Source of the DNA: Nanobdellota archaeon
Lineage (GTDB): Archaea; Nanobdellota; Nanobdellia; Woesearchaeales; SKGA01
DNA: 49,894 nucleotides
Direction of reading: 5' to 3'
Assembly: GCA_051819745.1 (NCBI GenBank)
Contig: JBNJGO010000002.1
Location: 8,781-58,674, forward strand
The translations under genes and the position numbers were made by a program. Positions 1 to 9,446 of this stretch are shown here, piece by piece; within the stretch, counting starts at the first letter, position 1, and the number at the start of each line of letters is the position of its first letter. The notes beneath the pieces were generated by a model. That model was not told the origin of the DNA. It worked only from the letters and a program-made list of their open reading frames with translations, and made no database searches.

Positions 1-24
1 CCGAACCAAAAAAAGCGAATGCAA

Positions 25-1392
25 CTAGAATTTCGTCTTTTTAGAACCCATTTTTTGCATGAGCTTTTGCATGTCCTTTTCAGAACCACCGCCTTTCATC
101 ATTTTCATCATTTTTTTTGATTGTTTATACTGTTTGACGAGAAGACGAAGATCTTTGATTTCTTTTCCAGCACCTTCTGCAATACGATCGAGACGTGATC
201 CTTTAATAATATCGGGTTGTTCTAATTCTTCTTTAGTCATAGAGTCCATAAGTATTTTCCAATCATCCATTTTCTCTTCTTGTCCTTCAAGAGCTTCTTT
301 TGGAAGATTCATATTACTAAATCCTGGAATCATTTCGACCATTTTTTTCATAGAACCCATTTTTTTCATGGATTTCATTTGTTGATAGAGGTCGATGAGA
401 TTAAATTCGCCTTTGAGAAATTTTTTCCCCATATCTTTAGCTTGATCTTCATCAATCGCAACTTTTGCTTTTTCAAGAAGACCTTCCATATCGCCCATAC
501 CAAGAAGTCGACCAACAAAATTTTCGGGCTTGAATTCTTCAAGAGCAGTAATCTTTTCCCCAACACCAATAAATCGAATGGGAGTTCCCGTCACCGCACA
601 AGCAACAAGAGCACCACCACCTCGAGCAGTACCATCTAGTTTTGTAAGAACAACGCCAGTAACATTACAGCTTTCATGGAATGCTCTCGCTTGTTTTTCG
701 GCACTTTGACCAATATCTGCATTAAGAACTAAAAACGTTTCGTCAGCGTTGATTGTTGTGTTAATAGTATTAAGTTCTTCTATAAGTTCATCATTAAGCG
801 CGTCTCGACCCGCAGAATCTACAATGACTAAATCATAAGAATCGAGTTCTGATTTGAAGTGATTATAAATAGCAGAAGGATCTTCTAATTCGGGCTTACC
901 ATATGTGGGAACACCTATTGAATCTCCTAATTGTTTAAGCTGGTCGTATGCTGCAGGTCGCCAAGTATCTATGGAGAGGAGAGCTGTTTTTTTTCCTCGT
1001 TTTGAATAATAATTAGCTAATTTTCCTGCGGAAGTTGTTTTACCATTTCCAAAAAGACCAACAAGTAGTAAGACATAAGGTCGACCGTGTTCTTTTCGTG
1101 AAGGAACGGATAAAGGTGTGAATTCAGTTCCAACAAGGGAAGAAAGTTCTTCATATACAATATTTAACAGAAATTCTTTTTTAGAAAGCGACGAAGGCGC
1201 CTGTTCATTAAGCGCTCGTTCCTTGATTTTTTTTCCGAGCGAGAACACTACTTTGACATTTACATCTGCAGTGATCAGTGTTCGTTGAATATCTTTGACA
1301 AGTTCGTTAATGAGTTTTGAATCGACAAAAAGTGAGTTAGAAACTTTTTTCAAACTCTTTCTTAGACCATCCCCTAATGAATCAAGAACCAT
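25..1392 (-). CDS. srp54: Signal recognition particle protein SRP54
   Basis: 455 aa; GTPase motifs GLFGNGKTTSAGKLA, DTWRPAA, DSAGR, TKLDGTARGGGAL; Met/Lys-rich C-terminal M domain (MKSMKKMGSMKKM). Confidence 0.95.
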   Translation of the reverse strand: MVLDSLGDGLRKSLKKVSNSLFVDSKLINELVKDIQRTLITADVNVKVVFSLGKKIKERALNEQAPSSLSKKEFLLNIVYEELSSLVGTEFTPLSVPSRKEHGRPYVLLLVGLFGNGKTTSAGKLANYYSKRGKKTALLSIDTWRPAAYDQLKQLGDSIGVPTYGKPELEDPSAIYNHFKSELDSYDLVIVDSAGRDALNDELIEELNTINTTINADETFLVLNADIGQSAEKQARAFHESCNVTGVVLTKLDGTARGGGALVACAVTGTPIRFIGVGEKITALEEFKPENFVGRLLGMGDMEGLLEKAKVAIDEDQAKDMGKKFLKGEFNLIDLYQQMKSMKKMGSMKKMVEMIPGFSNMNLPKEALEGQEEKMDDWKILMDSMTKEELEQPDIIKGSRLDRIAEGAGKEIKDLRLLVKQYKQSKKMMKMMKGGGSEKDMQKLMQKMGSKKTKF

Positions 1393-1426
1393 AAAGAGTA
1401 TAAATCAACAATAGTTTATAAAAGTA

Positions 1427-2110
1427 ATGGACATGATTTCAAAACAAGAGAATATCGCAGTTAAGGCATTCAAACAACTAGGTGTTGATAAGAATATGCC
1501 TTTGATGAGCGTGAGCTTCTCAAAGAGGTTTAAAGGATATAATGCGAATGTCCGAATGAAAAGAAACAAAGAATGCCTTGAATTTAATTTGTCTTATTTG
1601 TTCAAAGAGTGTGAAGAAGATATTATTATCGGTGCCATCCAGCATTTAATTAATAAAGTATACAAAACAACCATCCCTACACTTGAGCAAGAATTATACG
1701 AGTCTTTTCTTAAGAATGTAAATAGATACATTTCTAGCCAAGAAAGTGATGATCTTCTTGAAGAATTATTTGAAGAATTAAAAAAGGAATATTTTAACAA
1801 TCTTCTTGACAAACCAACAATGATATTTGGCAGAAAAAATAGCACTGTCTTAGGACATTATAATTACACCACAAACACAATTACTATCAGCACCATATTA
1901 CGTGAAGATCGGAATCTTCTCAAGTACGTGTTATATCACGAGTTACTACATAAGAAACATTCTTTCAAGACAACAAATAATCGAAATCAATATCATACCA
2001 AAGCATTTCGGGACGATGAGCGACTATTTGAAGATAAAGATGTAGAACAGAAACTATCTCGTTTTCTTAAGAAAAGAAAACTAAAAAAGATGTTTTTCAA
2101 AAAGAGATAA
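1427..2110 (+). CDS. Putative HExxH zinc metallopeptidase (SprT / YgjP-DUF45-like)
   Basis: 227 aa; YHELLHKKH followed by QYHTKAFRDDE resembles the HExxH...H..F signature of DUF45/SprT-like hydrolases; family assignment from motif memory only. Confidence 0.45.
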   Translation: MDMISKQENIAVKAFKQLGVDKNMPLMSVSFSKRFKGYNANVRMKRNKECLEFNLSYLFKECEEDIIIGAIQHLINKVYKTTIPTLEQELYESFLKNVNRYISSQESDDLLEELFEELKKEYFNNLLDKPTMIFGRKNSTVLGHYNYTTNTITISTILREDRNLLKYVLYHELLHKKHSFKTTNNRNQYHTKAFRDDERLFEDKDVEQKLSRFLKKRKLKKMFFKKR

Positions 2111-2131
2111 TTTTAAAGAACCGATAGCACA

Positions 2132-3325
2132 TTAAAACAACGCTTTTAACATCGGGAAAAAAATCAATATTAATATTATAATAAAAAGAATAGTGCTTAG
2201 TCGAGTCCATACCCGAACACCTTTAGTGTCGCCAAATATTTTTCTAAAAGCAAGTCGTATCATCTGTCCACCATCAACAGGACCGAGAGGAAGTAAATTA
2301 AACGCTCCAAGACCTAGACTTAATGCATATATCCAAAAGAAGAATTCTCCAAGGAAACGGACGACTGTATACCACCACATCGCCACAGATTCTTTTACTT
2401 GAGTGGATAAACGTGGTTGAAGTACACCAAGATACCCTTTTCCTGGTTGTTGAGGATGTTCTGCAGTAATTAATGAGACGGTGCTACCATTTTCAGATCG
2501 GAAAGTGATATTCTCACCAGGATCAAGAGTGTTCAGGAAAGTAGAAAATGCTTGTGTTGAGTTAAGTGCAGTTCCATTGACATGAGTGTAGACTGTTCCG
2601 GGAACAAGACCATATATTTCTGCAGGAACTGTTTCATTATATGTTTCTTCAAATGTGAATCCTGTCGGTTCAACCATCGAACCGATATTGTTTGCAAAAG
2701 GTATTGGTACGAATTGGGCAAACACAAACATAACAAGCAAACCAGCGACAACTGCAGTTAATGCGTTGGCAAAGGGCCCGGCGGCAAAAATAGAATATTG
2801 TGTCGTATCTCGAGATTTTTCCGTTTTTTTCTCATCAGGTTCTACAAATGCTCCTGCAAGAGGTCCGAAAAAAGCTATCCCTGTGTGATGTATTTTAATA
2901 CCGTGAGCTCGCGCGACAATACCATGACCTAATTCGTGAAGCAAAACAACCACGAATAAAGGAATAATAACCCATAGAGGAATCATCAAAGGACTTCCTG
3001 GCACATTGACTCCTGGAAGTACGAGAGAAACCGCAGCAGGTGCTTGAGGTTGGACAAATAATTGGACGAAGCTTCTGAAAACAAAGACAGTTATTGCCGC
3101 CATACCAATAAATCCCACACCAATACCAATATAACCAAGAAGTTTTATCGTCTCACGATGTTTTTTAGCAAATGCGTTTATGAATTTTATACCGAATTTT
3201 GTTCTTCGCAAAGCAATAATTTTAGCTTGGAATTCAAATTTTTTTCTATAAACAATAAGAAGAACAATGACAGCTAGATAAAAGAGAAGCGTAGGCCAGT
3301 GTTGGGAGATAAAATCCAAAACCAT
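2132..3325 (-). CDS. Site-2 protease family (M50) intramembrane metalloprotease
   Basis: 397 aa; several hydrophobic segments, HELGHGIVARAHG zinc motif, PDZ-like insert, C-terminal LPLGPVDGG motif. Confidence 0.85.
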   Translation of the reverse strand: MVLDFISQHWPTLLFYLAVIVLLIVYRKKFEFQAKIIALRRTKFGIKFINAFAKKHRETIKLLGYIGIGVGFIGMAAITVFVFRSFVQLFVQPQAPAAVSLVLPGVNVPGSPLMIPLWVIIPLFVVVLLHELGHGIVARAHGIKIHHTGIAFFGPLAGAFVEPDEKKTEKSRDTTQYSIFAAGPFANALTAVVAGLLVMFVFAQFVPIPFANNIGSMVEPTGFTFEETYNETVPAEIYGLVPGTVYTHVNGTALNSTQAFSTFLNTLDPGENITFRSENGSTVSLITAEHPQQPGKGYLGVLQPRLSTQVKESVAMWWYTVVRFLGEFFFWIYALSLGLGAFNLLPLGPVDGGQMIRLAFRKIFGDTKGVRVWTRLSTILFIIILILIFFPMLKALF

Positions 3326-3452
3326 GAGGTTTGGTTAGAACACCACCTTTAAAAATGTTACTAAAGAAAGAGAGCATAATACTTATTGTAAAGTAATATC
3401 TAATAATAATTTAAAGAGGAGAAATGAAGAAAAAAAGAAAAAAGAAAAAAAA

Positions 3453-5642
3453 TTATTCGTTTTCACCAAGACCTTTTCGAGATCGTATTTGGTTTTTGAT
3501 TTTTTCTTGAAGTTCGTCAGGTAATTTTTGGAATTCTTGAGATACTAGCGACGAGTTCCCTCGACCACCAGTTGCACTTCTTAAATCACTTGATAAACCA
3601 AACATTTCTCCAACAGGGAGTTTTCCTTTAACAGTAGCAGTTGCCCCATCATCATCCATGTCAAGAAGTTGTCCTCGTTTGTTGCTGATGAGTTTTGAGA
3701 TTTCACCAGTATATTCGCTTGGAGCTTCAAAACGCAGTGTTTGGATTGGCTCAAGGATGAATGGTTTTGCTGCCCTCATAGCCGTTCGAATACCATCTCT
3801 GATTGCAGGATACATCTGCGCAGGACCTCTGTGAATTGCGTCTTCGTGAAGTTTCGCATCATTTAAAGTTACTTTTATACCAAAGCATGGTTCGTGTGCC
3901 ATTCCGCCATTATTCATAACATCTTCAAACATATCCATAACAAAACCCATTATTTCGTTGATTTGAACAATACCTCGGGTCCCATCAACAAGTACGTTTC
4001 CTTCAAAGACATCTTTAACCTTGTCTGCTTCTTTAGTATGCATACCTGAATCGATGAATTGTTGTCTAAAGTTCATGTCTTTTTTCTTAACTCTCCCTTC
4101 AGGAATCCGTTCATCTTTTAATCGATCAATAATTTCTTGTGAAAGAGGTTCAACAGAGAAATAAAGTCGGTTGTGTTTGTTAGGTGATTTTCCTTCAGCA
4201 GGTTGTTCGTTTTTTGATTGGACTGATTCACGATATACTACTACAGGAGGTGTTGTCGTTATTTCTACACCTTTTTCTTTAGTGATTCTGTTCTCCGTAA
4301 TTTCAAGGTGCAATTCACCCATACCACTCATCAAATGCTCACCAGTTTCTTGGTTAAGTTCTATTTGAATTGAAGGGTCTTCCTTGGAAATTTCGATAAG
4401 CACATCAACCAGTTTTGGAAGATCGGAAGGTTTTTTTGCTTCGATTGCTTTTGTGATTACCGGATCAAAAATATGACCTATCTTTTCAAATGGTTCACAT
4501 TCGATACCTTGAAGAGATACTGTTTCACCAGGGAAAGCTCCTTTTAATCCACCAACACCAATAATGTTTCCTGCAGGAACATTTTCTACAATTTCTTTTT
4601 TCGCGCCATTGTAAATATATATCTGTTGTGTTCGAATATCCTGGTTTGCATTGTGCATGCGTACTGAAAGACCTTTTTTCATCGTTCCGGAGTATAATCG
4701 CCCCATCGCTATTTCTCCTGCTTGAGGATCAACAACAACCTTTGTGATCACAAACATAAGATTTCCAGAAGGATTTGCATCCATAAGATCCTTTCCAGTT
4801 TCTGAATCAAGTTCACCATGCCAAAATTTTGGTATTCTATATTTTGCTGATGTGACAGGGTCAGGATGGTGTTTAATACTTGCATCAAGAAGAACTTCAT
4901 GAAGCGGTGCTTTTTTCCCTAGCGTTTTGAAATCTTCATTTTCATAAGCATCAATAATTTCTTTAAAAGAAACATTTCTTTTTTTCATGAAAGGAAGACT
5001 TAGTGCCCAATTATGAAATGCACTTCCAAAGCATACGCTCCCGTCTTGAACATTAACTTTCCATTTTTCACCGAATTCTTCTTCTGCAATGTCTTTGATG
5101 AGCTCATTAACACTTGCAATTATTTTTGTGAATCGTTCCATCATAGCTTCAGGACTGAGTTTGAGTTCTTTGATAAGACGATCTGTCTTGTTGATAAAAA
5201 GAACAGGTTTTACTCGTTCTCGAAGAGCTTGACGTAAAACAGTTTCTGTTTGAGGCATAATACCTTCAACCGCACAACAAACTACTACTGCACCATCTAC
5301 TGCCCTCATAGCTCGACTTACATCTCCTCCAAAGTCAACGTGACCTGGAGTGTCAATAAGATTGATAAGATGGTCCTTACCTTCAGAACCTTCGCTGTCA
5401 GTGATAGCGTGTACCATTGAAACCGCTGCAGAATCGATTGTGATTCCCCGGTCAGCTTCATCTTCGTGGAAATCAAGTGCTCTCGCATCTCCTGCAAGCT
5501 CATCACTCATCATACCTGCTCCTGCGAGGAGGTTATCTGAAAGTGTTGTTTTTCCGTGATCAATGTGTGCTGCAATAGCAATATTTCTGATACGTTCCGG
5601 GTTTTTCATAACCGTCATAACCCGATCAACCATTTTTACCAT
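3453..5642 (-). CDS. fusA: Translation elongation factor 2 (aEF-2)
   Basis: 729 aa; AHIDHGKTTLSDNLL G1 motif, DTPGHVDF, and HEDAIHRGPAQ region containing the diphthamide histidine. Confidence 0.97.
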   Translation of the reverse strand: MVKMVDRVMTVMKNPERIRNIAIAAHIDHGKTTLSDNLLAGAGMMSDELAGDARALDFHEDEADRGITIDSAAVSMVHAITDSEGSEGKDHLINLIDTPGHVDFGGDVSRAMRAVDGAVVVCCAVEGIMPQTETVLRQALRERVKPVLFINKTDRLIKELKLSPEAMMERFTKIIASVNELIKDIAEEEFGEKWKVNVQDGSVCFGSAFHNWALSLPFMKKRNVSFKEIIDAYENEDFKTLGKKAPLHEVLLDASIKHHPDPVTSAKYRIPKFWHGELDSETGKDLMDANPSGNLMFVITKVVVDPQAGEIAMGRLYSGTMKKGLSVRMHNANQDIRTQQIYIYNGAKKEIVENVPAGNIIGVGGLKGAFPGETVSLQGIECEPFEKIGHIFDPVITKAIEAKKPSDLPKLVDVLIEISKEDPSIQIELNQETGEHLMSGMGELHLEITENRITKEKGVEITTTPPVVVYRESVQSKNEQPAEGKSPNKHNRLYFSVEPLSQEIIDRLKDERIPEGRVKKKDMNFRQQFIDSGMHTKEADKVKDVFEGNVLVDGTRGIVQINEIMGFVMDMFEDVMNNGGMAHEPCFGIKVTLNDAKLHEDAIHRGPAQMYPAIRDGIRTAMRAAKPFILEPIQTLRFEAPSEYTGEISKLISNKRGQLLDMDDDGATATVKGKLPVGEMFGLSSDLRSATGGRGNSSLVSQEFQKLPDELQEKIKNQIRSRKGLGENE

Positions 5643-5676
5643 GTAATATCCCTCATTTATCTTTTTTAAGTATTAA

Positions 5677-6255
5677 TTAATTATTTTTGTTGAGAATATC
5701 CTTTAAATAAAGGAAATCTTCATCCAGTCGTTTCCAACTGTGTATTTCTTCTGGTTTAAACCAAACCTTTATTTCTTGCTGAGCTTCTTGAACAGAACCC
5801 GATGCATGAATTACATTCATAATAGGTCTGTTTGAAACATTAGCTAGCCCGTATGAATCGAATGTGAAATCGCCTCGTATAGTTCCTGGGAGCGATTCTT
5901 CAGGACTTGTTTCTCCAACGAGTTTTCTCACTTGTTTTACAGCATTGTGACTTTCTACCACTAAAGCAACAATAGGACTGTGCGTAATATAGGAAGCAAG
6001 TTGTTGTTGAACTTCCTTTCCTAGTTCAATAGGATCAACATCTAAAGATTTTTTTTCTTTAATTCGTTGTCCTACTTTTTCAAACCAGCTTTCATCCATA
6101 TCGTAATGTTTTAGAGCGTTCGCTTCATCAGCATAGAGCATTTTCATTGCAGTTATTTTCATACCGCAACGCTCGAATCTACTGATTATTTCACCAATAA
6201 GACCTCGTAAAACCGCGTCGGGTTTTAATAGGATCAATGTTTGTTCTGTTGTCAT
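5677..6255 (-). CDS. ndk: Nucleoside diphosphate kinase (with internal insertion)
   Basis: 192 aa; TLILLKPDAVLRGLIGEIISRFE, RGDF, NVIHASGS active-site region; about 35-40 aa longer than typical NDK because of an insert after YDMDESWF. Confidence 0.88.
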   Translation of the reverse strand: MTTEQTLILLKPDAVLRGLIGEIISRFERCGMKITAMKMLYADEANALKHYDMDESWFEKVGQRIKEKKSLDVDPIELGKEVQQQLASYITHSPIVALVVESHNAVKQVRKLVGETSPEESLPGTIRGDFTFDSYGLANVSNRPIMNVIHASGSVQEAQQEIKVWFKPEEIHSWKRLDEDFLYLKDILNKNN

Positions 6256-6298
6256 TGTATAAACCTCTTATATCATATTATTTGTAAATTGAAAACAA

Positions 6299-6496
6299 TT
6301 ATTTATGTTGTTTTCGTACTTTTTTGATTTGTGAAAACTCTTTTGTCCAAGGAGTTATTCGTGCTTTGAACTTTCTTTTCATCATGCTTTTTTGACATTT
6401 TGATGAGCAAAAGTGAAACAAGGCACCATCTTTTTTGATAAAGAGTTTTCCAGTTCCTTCAGGTATTTTTGTTCCGCAAAAATCGCAATCAACCAT
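6299..6496 (-). CDS. rpl24e: Ribosomal protein L24e
   Basis: 65 aa; zinc-ribbon CDFCGTKIPEGTGKLFIKKDGALFHFCSSKCQKS; sits in the conserved L7Ae-S28e-L24e-NDK block. Confidence 0.92.
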   Translation of the reverse strand: MVDCDFCGTKIPEGTGKLFIKKDGALFHFCSSKCQKSMMKRKFKARITPWTKEFSQIKKVRKQHK

Positions 6497-6508
6497 TGTT
6501 ATACCTCC

Positions 6509-6799
6509 TTATATGCCTCGTCCTGATTTGTTAAGAGGTCGAGCTTCAATTTCGGTTTCTCGCAACATGAGAGTGTCCCCGACTTGAACCGGTCCTTTAA
6601 CATTTCGTCTGAGAATTTTATTTTGATCTCTTCCTTCTAGAACTTTGCAACGTACTTGTATTGCTTCTCCACGAGTACCTGTTCTCCCTACAACTTCTTC
6701 AACAGTTGCTGGAACTGCAGGTGTGAATAAAGAACCAGAAGTGTTTTTCGAATTCTTTCTTGGTGAACTCGATTTTTTTGTGTTTGGATCTTTTGCCAT
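6509..6799 (-). CDS. rps28e: Ribosomal protein S28e (Lys/Ser-rich N-terminal extension)
   Basis: Core [56 protein letters not shown]; second ATG (6799) chosen because the GGAGGG SD lies about 8 nt upstream of it. Confidence 0.9.
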   Translation of the reverse strand: MAKDPNTKKSSSPRKNSKNTSGSLFTPAVPATVEEVVGRTGTRGEAIQVRCKVLEGRDQNKILRRNVKGPVQVGDTLMLRETEIEARPLNKSGRGI

Positions 6800-6825
6800 A
6801 TGCATTTCCCTCCATGAGAAGATCC

Positions 6826-7161
6826 TTATTCAGAATCCTTCTTTTGATTTTCAGTTAGTTCTTTAAGAATATCTTTTGCATCTCCAGGATCAACAACTGC
6901 AATAGCAACACTTGGTACTGCAAGACCTGCAGCAGTTCCTAATTCTTCTCGAGATGGAACAGTTACGCAAGGAATTCCTTTTTCTTCAGCGAGAAGAGGA
7001 ATGTGCATAGTCACTTCTTTTGGACTAACATCTTCTGCAATTGCAACGAATTTAGCTTTTCCTCGTTCAATAGCTTTAGTAACTTCATTAGTTCCTTTCT
7101 TTAAGGAACCAGACTTTTTTGTAGCTTCAATTAATTCATATGCTTTTTCACTCATTTTCAT
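6826..7161 (-). CDS. rpl7ae: Ribosomal protein L7Ae (kink-turn binding)
   Basis: [25 protein letters not shown]...[23 protein letters not shown]; start moved to the internal ATG preceded by GGAGGT; the longer ORF-track start (7212) lacks an SD. Confidence 0.92.
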   Translation of the reverse strand: MKMSEKAYELIEATKKSGSLKKGTNEVTKAIERGKAKFVAIAEDVSPKEVTMHIPLLAEEKGIPCVTVPSREELGTAAGLAVPSVAIAVVDPGDAKDILKELTENQKKDSE

Positions 7162-7524
7162 ACCTCCAAAAGGTTCAATGTAGAATTGCGAGAATAACCC
7201 ACAACTCCTCAATCCAAGATTTTATTGAAATTATCCAATAAAAGCTCTTCATCTATCACAGGAAACTGTGTATTTTGAAAAGAAACATGAACTTCTTTAT
7301 AAAAGGCACGGTTTAGAAGGATAATTGCATTCGCAAAGGCAATAAAAAAGAACTGGAGTGAGTAGAACTAGAGCGAGTGTGAAATCGTAAACATAATACG
7401 CGTTACTAACTAGTACTGCTTCAAACCCTCTAAAAACAAAATAGACGAAATATTTATATAGACTGTGGTTGTGAACTTGATTGTGCACGATAAAAGAAAC
7501 TATTCGTGAACGAGGTGTATATAT

Positions 7525-7695
7525 ATGGCAGATTCTGTAATTGTAAAAGCAAAGCTCAAAGAGATTGTTGGCGAATATAATATTTCATCCGATTTTGCCC
7601 AAGAACTAGACGCTCAAGTCAAAGAACTTGTAAAAAAAGCACAAAAACGAGCTGAAGGTAACAATCGAAAAACAATAATGGCTAAAGATTTGTAA
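7525..7695 (+). CDS. Small histone-fold-like protein (DUF1931-like)
   Basis: 56-aa ORF missing from the ORF track (under its length cut-off): MADSVIVKAKLKEIVGEYNISSDFAQELDAQVKELVKKAQKRAEGNNRKTIMAKDL; GAGGTG SD about 8 nt upstream; pattern matches my memory of DUF1931 proteins. Confidence 0.55.
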   Translation: MADSVIVKAKLKEIVGEYNISSDFAQELDAQVKELVKKAQKRAEGNNRKTIMAKDL

Positions 7696-8391
7696 ATAAA
7701 GCCATATTTTATTTTTTTATTTTTATTAACGAGCAATAAACCTTTTTCTAAATAAATAAGGACATCATAATACGATGATAAAAATATAACAAGCGTTATC
7801 ACCTACAGTAATAACAACATGTTATTCGCTAAAGTGAAACCTTATTTTGCCTAAAAATAATGTGCAAAAAAATAATCTCATTAGCAGAGTGGAAAAAAAT
7901 TACTTCGAAGTATAGTCTGTATCTTATGGATAATAAACCATTAATTACACACCAATAGTTTTTATAAAGTCTTCGAACAGATATAAATAATAAGTGAAAA
8001 GGGCGTGTAAGGCGTTTATAATACTTAACACGATTCGATAATTGGTGATGTGAGTAAATATGGCGGAAATAAGTTATGAGGCAAAAGTTAAGAACAAACA
8101 GTTGACAGCATTTTTTGAATCGACTACTAAAAAAAAGAATATTCGACAAATCGTTGAGTAGGTTTTCAAGACATACTACCTTCGAGCGTAAATAAAGTAA
8201 GAAAATCGGTTTGACTTGCAAAACTTTTAAAAAGACTGAGTTCATCCTAGATATTCTGTTCAGAATACGAACAATCCGATATAAAATAGTGTTTTAAATA
8301 TCTAATTAATAAAACTAATATCGGCACATAAAACAAGTTTTCTGAAAAAAGTAATTGTTTTATGAGAAAAAAAATAACTGAGGTAAATACC

Positions 8392-8928
8392 ATGACAGAC
8401 GATAATACTGTAAAAGAAGGAAATGTAGTTACGCTTCACTATACTGGAACATTTGAAGATGGTAATGTTTTTGATTCTTCAGAAGGAAAGGACCCATTAG
8501 AAGTTCTTGCTGGTAAAGGAATGCTTATCAAGGGTTTTGATGATGAACTCCTCGGAATGAAAAAAGATGAAGAGAAAAAAATCTCTCTCACTCCTGAAGA
8601 TGGATATGGACAACCACGTGAAGATCTCGTCAGAGAAGTTCCTAAAAAAGATCTTGGTGACGATATAAAACCAGAAGTGGGTATGACTCTTGGTGTAAAA
8701 GCACCAACTGGACAAGTATTTCCAGCAGTAATTAAAGAGATTAAAGATGAAAATATTGTTATTGATGCTAACCATCCTCTTGCAGGAAAAAATATCAAAT
8801 TCGATATTAAAATCGTTGATACTCGAGAACCTACTGAAGAAGATATGAAAAAATTCACTCCACAACAACCACAAGAACCTGAAGGTGACGATTGTTCAAC
8901 CTGTGGCGGAGATTGTAGTAAGTGCTAA
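8392..8928 (+). CDS. FKBP-type peptidyl-prolyl cis-trans isomerase, SlyD-like, with Cys-rich tail
   Basis: VTLHYTGTFEDGNVFDSS...LIKGFDDELLGMKKDEEK...PEDGYG, an IF-domain-like insert, C-terminal DDCSTCGGDCSKC; start at the ATG behind GAGGT. Confidence 0.85.
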   Translation: MTDDNTVKEGNVVTLHYTGTFEDGNVFDSSEGKDPLEVLAGKGMLIKGFDDELLGMKKDEEKKISLTPEDGYGQPREDLVREVPKKDLGDDIKPEVGMTLGVKAPTGQVFPAVIKEIKDENIVIDANHPLAGKNIKFDIKIVDTREPTEEDMKKFTPQQPQEPEGDDCSTCGGDCSKC

Positions 8929-9012
8929 GCTAAACGCATAGTATTTTATTTTTTTAATTTTATTTTTCAAAAAAAGTTCTAAAAAATAGTCTAACAACAA
9001 TGTGGAGATACT

Positions 9013-9369
9013 ATGACACAATTAATCATGTTTTTAAGTACCGGCAAAGGAACATGGGCTCAAATTTCTCGGCTTATAGACCAATCATCCTTCGACGAGT
9101 ATATTATCATAACTAATGAATTTGGTTATGAAAAGTTTTCACATAAAAAACCAATAAATAAAGTCGTTGTTAATACAAAAAAAGACACGTTGCAACTCAA
9201 AGAAGAAATCGTTAACAAACTCAAACCTCTTGTGAAGGGAAGTCAAGTCGGTTGTAATTTTGTCAGCGGTTCAGGACATGAACATATGGCATTTCTCTCC
9301 GCACTTTTAACACTTGGTGTGGGAATTCGACTAGTCATGCCAGGTCAAAATGATTTTATTGAAGTGTAG
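9013..9369 (+). CDS. Hypothetical protein (small Rossmann-like?)
   Basis: 118 aa; GGAG SD; FLSTGKGTW and NFVSGSGHEHMAFLSALL weakly recall CARF/DUF1887-like strand-loop motifs. Too weak to call. Confidence 0.4.
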   Translation: MTQLIMFLSTGKGTWAQISRLIDQSSFDEYIIITNEFGYEKFSHKKPINKVVVNTKKDTLQLKEEIVNKLKPLVKGSQVGCNFVSGSGHEHMAFLSALLTLGVGIRLVMPGQNDFIEV

Positions 9370-9446
9370 TTCTTAAAATATAATCCTTTTGATAAATCAC
9401 AAAAACAAAAAACATAAAAAACAGTACTTTCAAAAATAAAATTTAA

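Noticed and set aside
59-639. Plus-strand ORFs 59-385 and 280-639, and minus-strand ORF 375-569, inside or opposite srp54
   Set aside because: These are shadow ORFs of a confidently identified gene. Their translations are low-complexity and have no recognisable motifs. The same reasoning applies to the other antisense or alternative-frame ORFs in the track that lie within identified genes (for example 1594-1845, 2193-2402, 4171-4368, 8439-8858, 14784-15011, 16728-17006, 18799-19101, 27057-27456, 28990-29433, 30704-31367, 36486-37097, 43348-43611).
3424-3510. 28-aa Lys-rich ORF (MKKKRKKKKNYSF...) with an AGGAGA upstream, overlapping the EF-2 3' end on the opposite strand
   Set aside because: It arises from a poly-A tract that more plausibly serves as the oligo-T terminator region downstream of the EF-2 gene (minus strand). 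There is no support beyond an SD-like purine run.
7297-8245. Minus-strand ORFs 7297-7488, 7614-7802 and 7829-8245
   Set aside because: Phe/Leu/Ile/Tyr/Lys-rich translations typical of random AT-rich DNA, with no SD and no motif. ORF 7614-7802 also overlaps the better-supported plus-strand 56-aa ORF. They are treated as non-coding, and the gap is reported as a finding instead.
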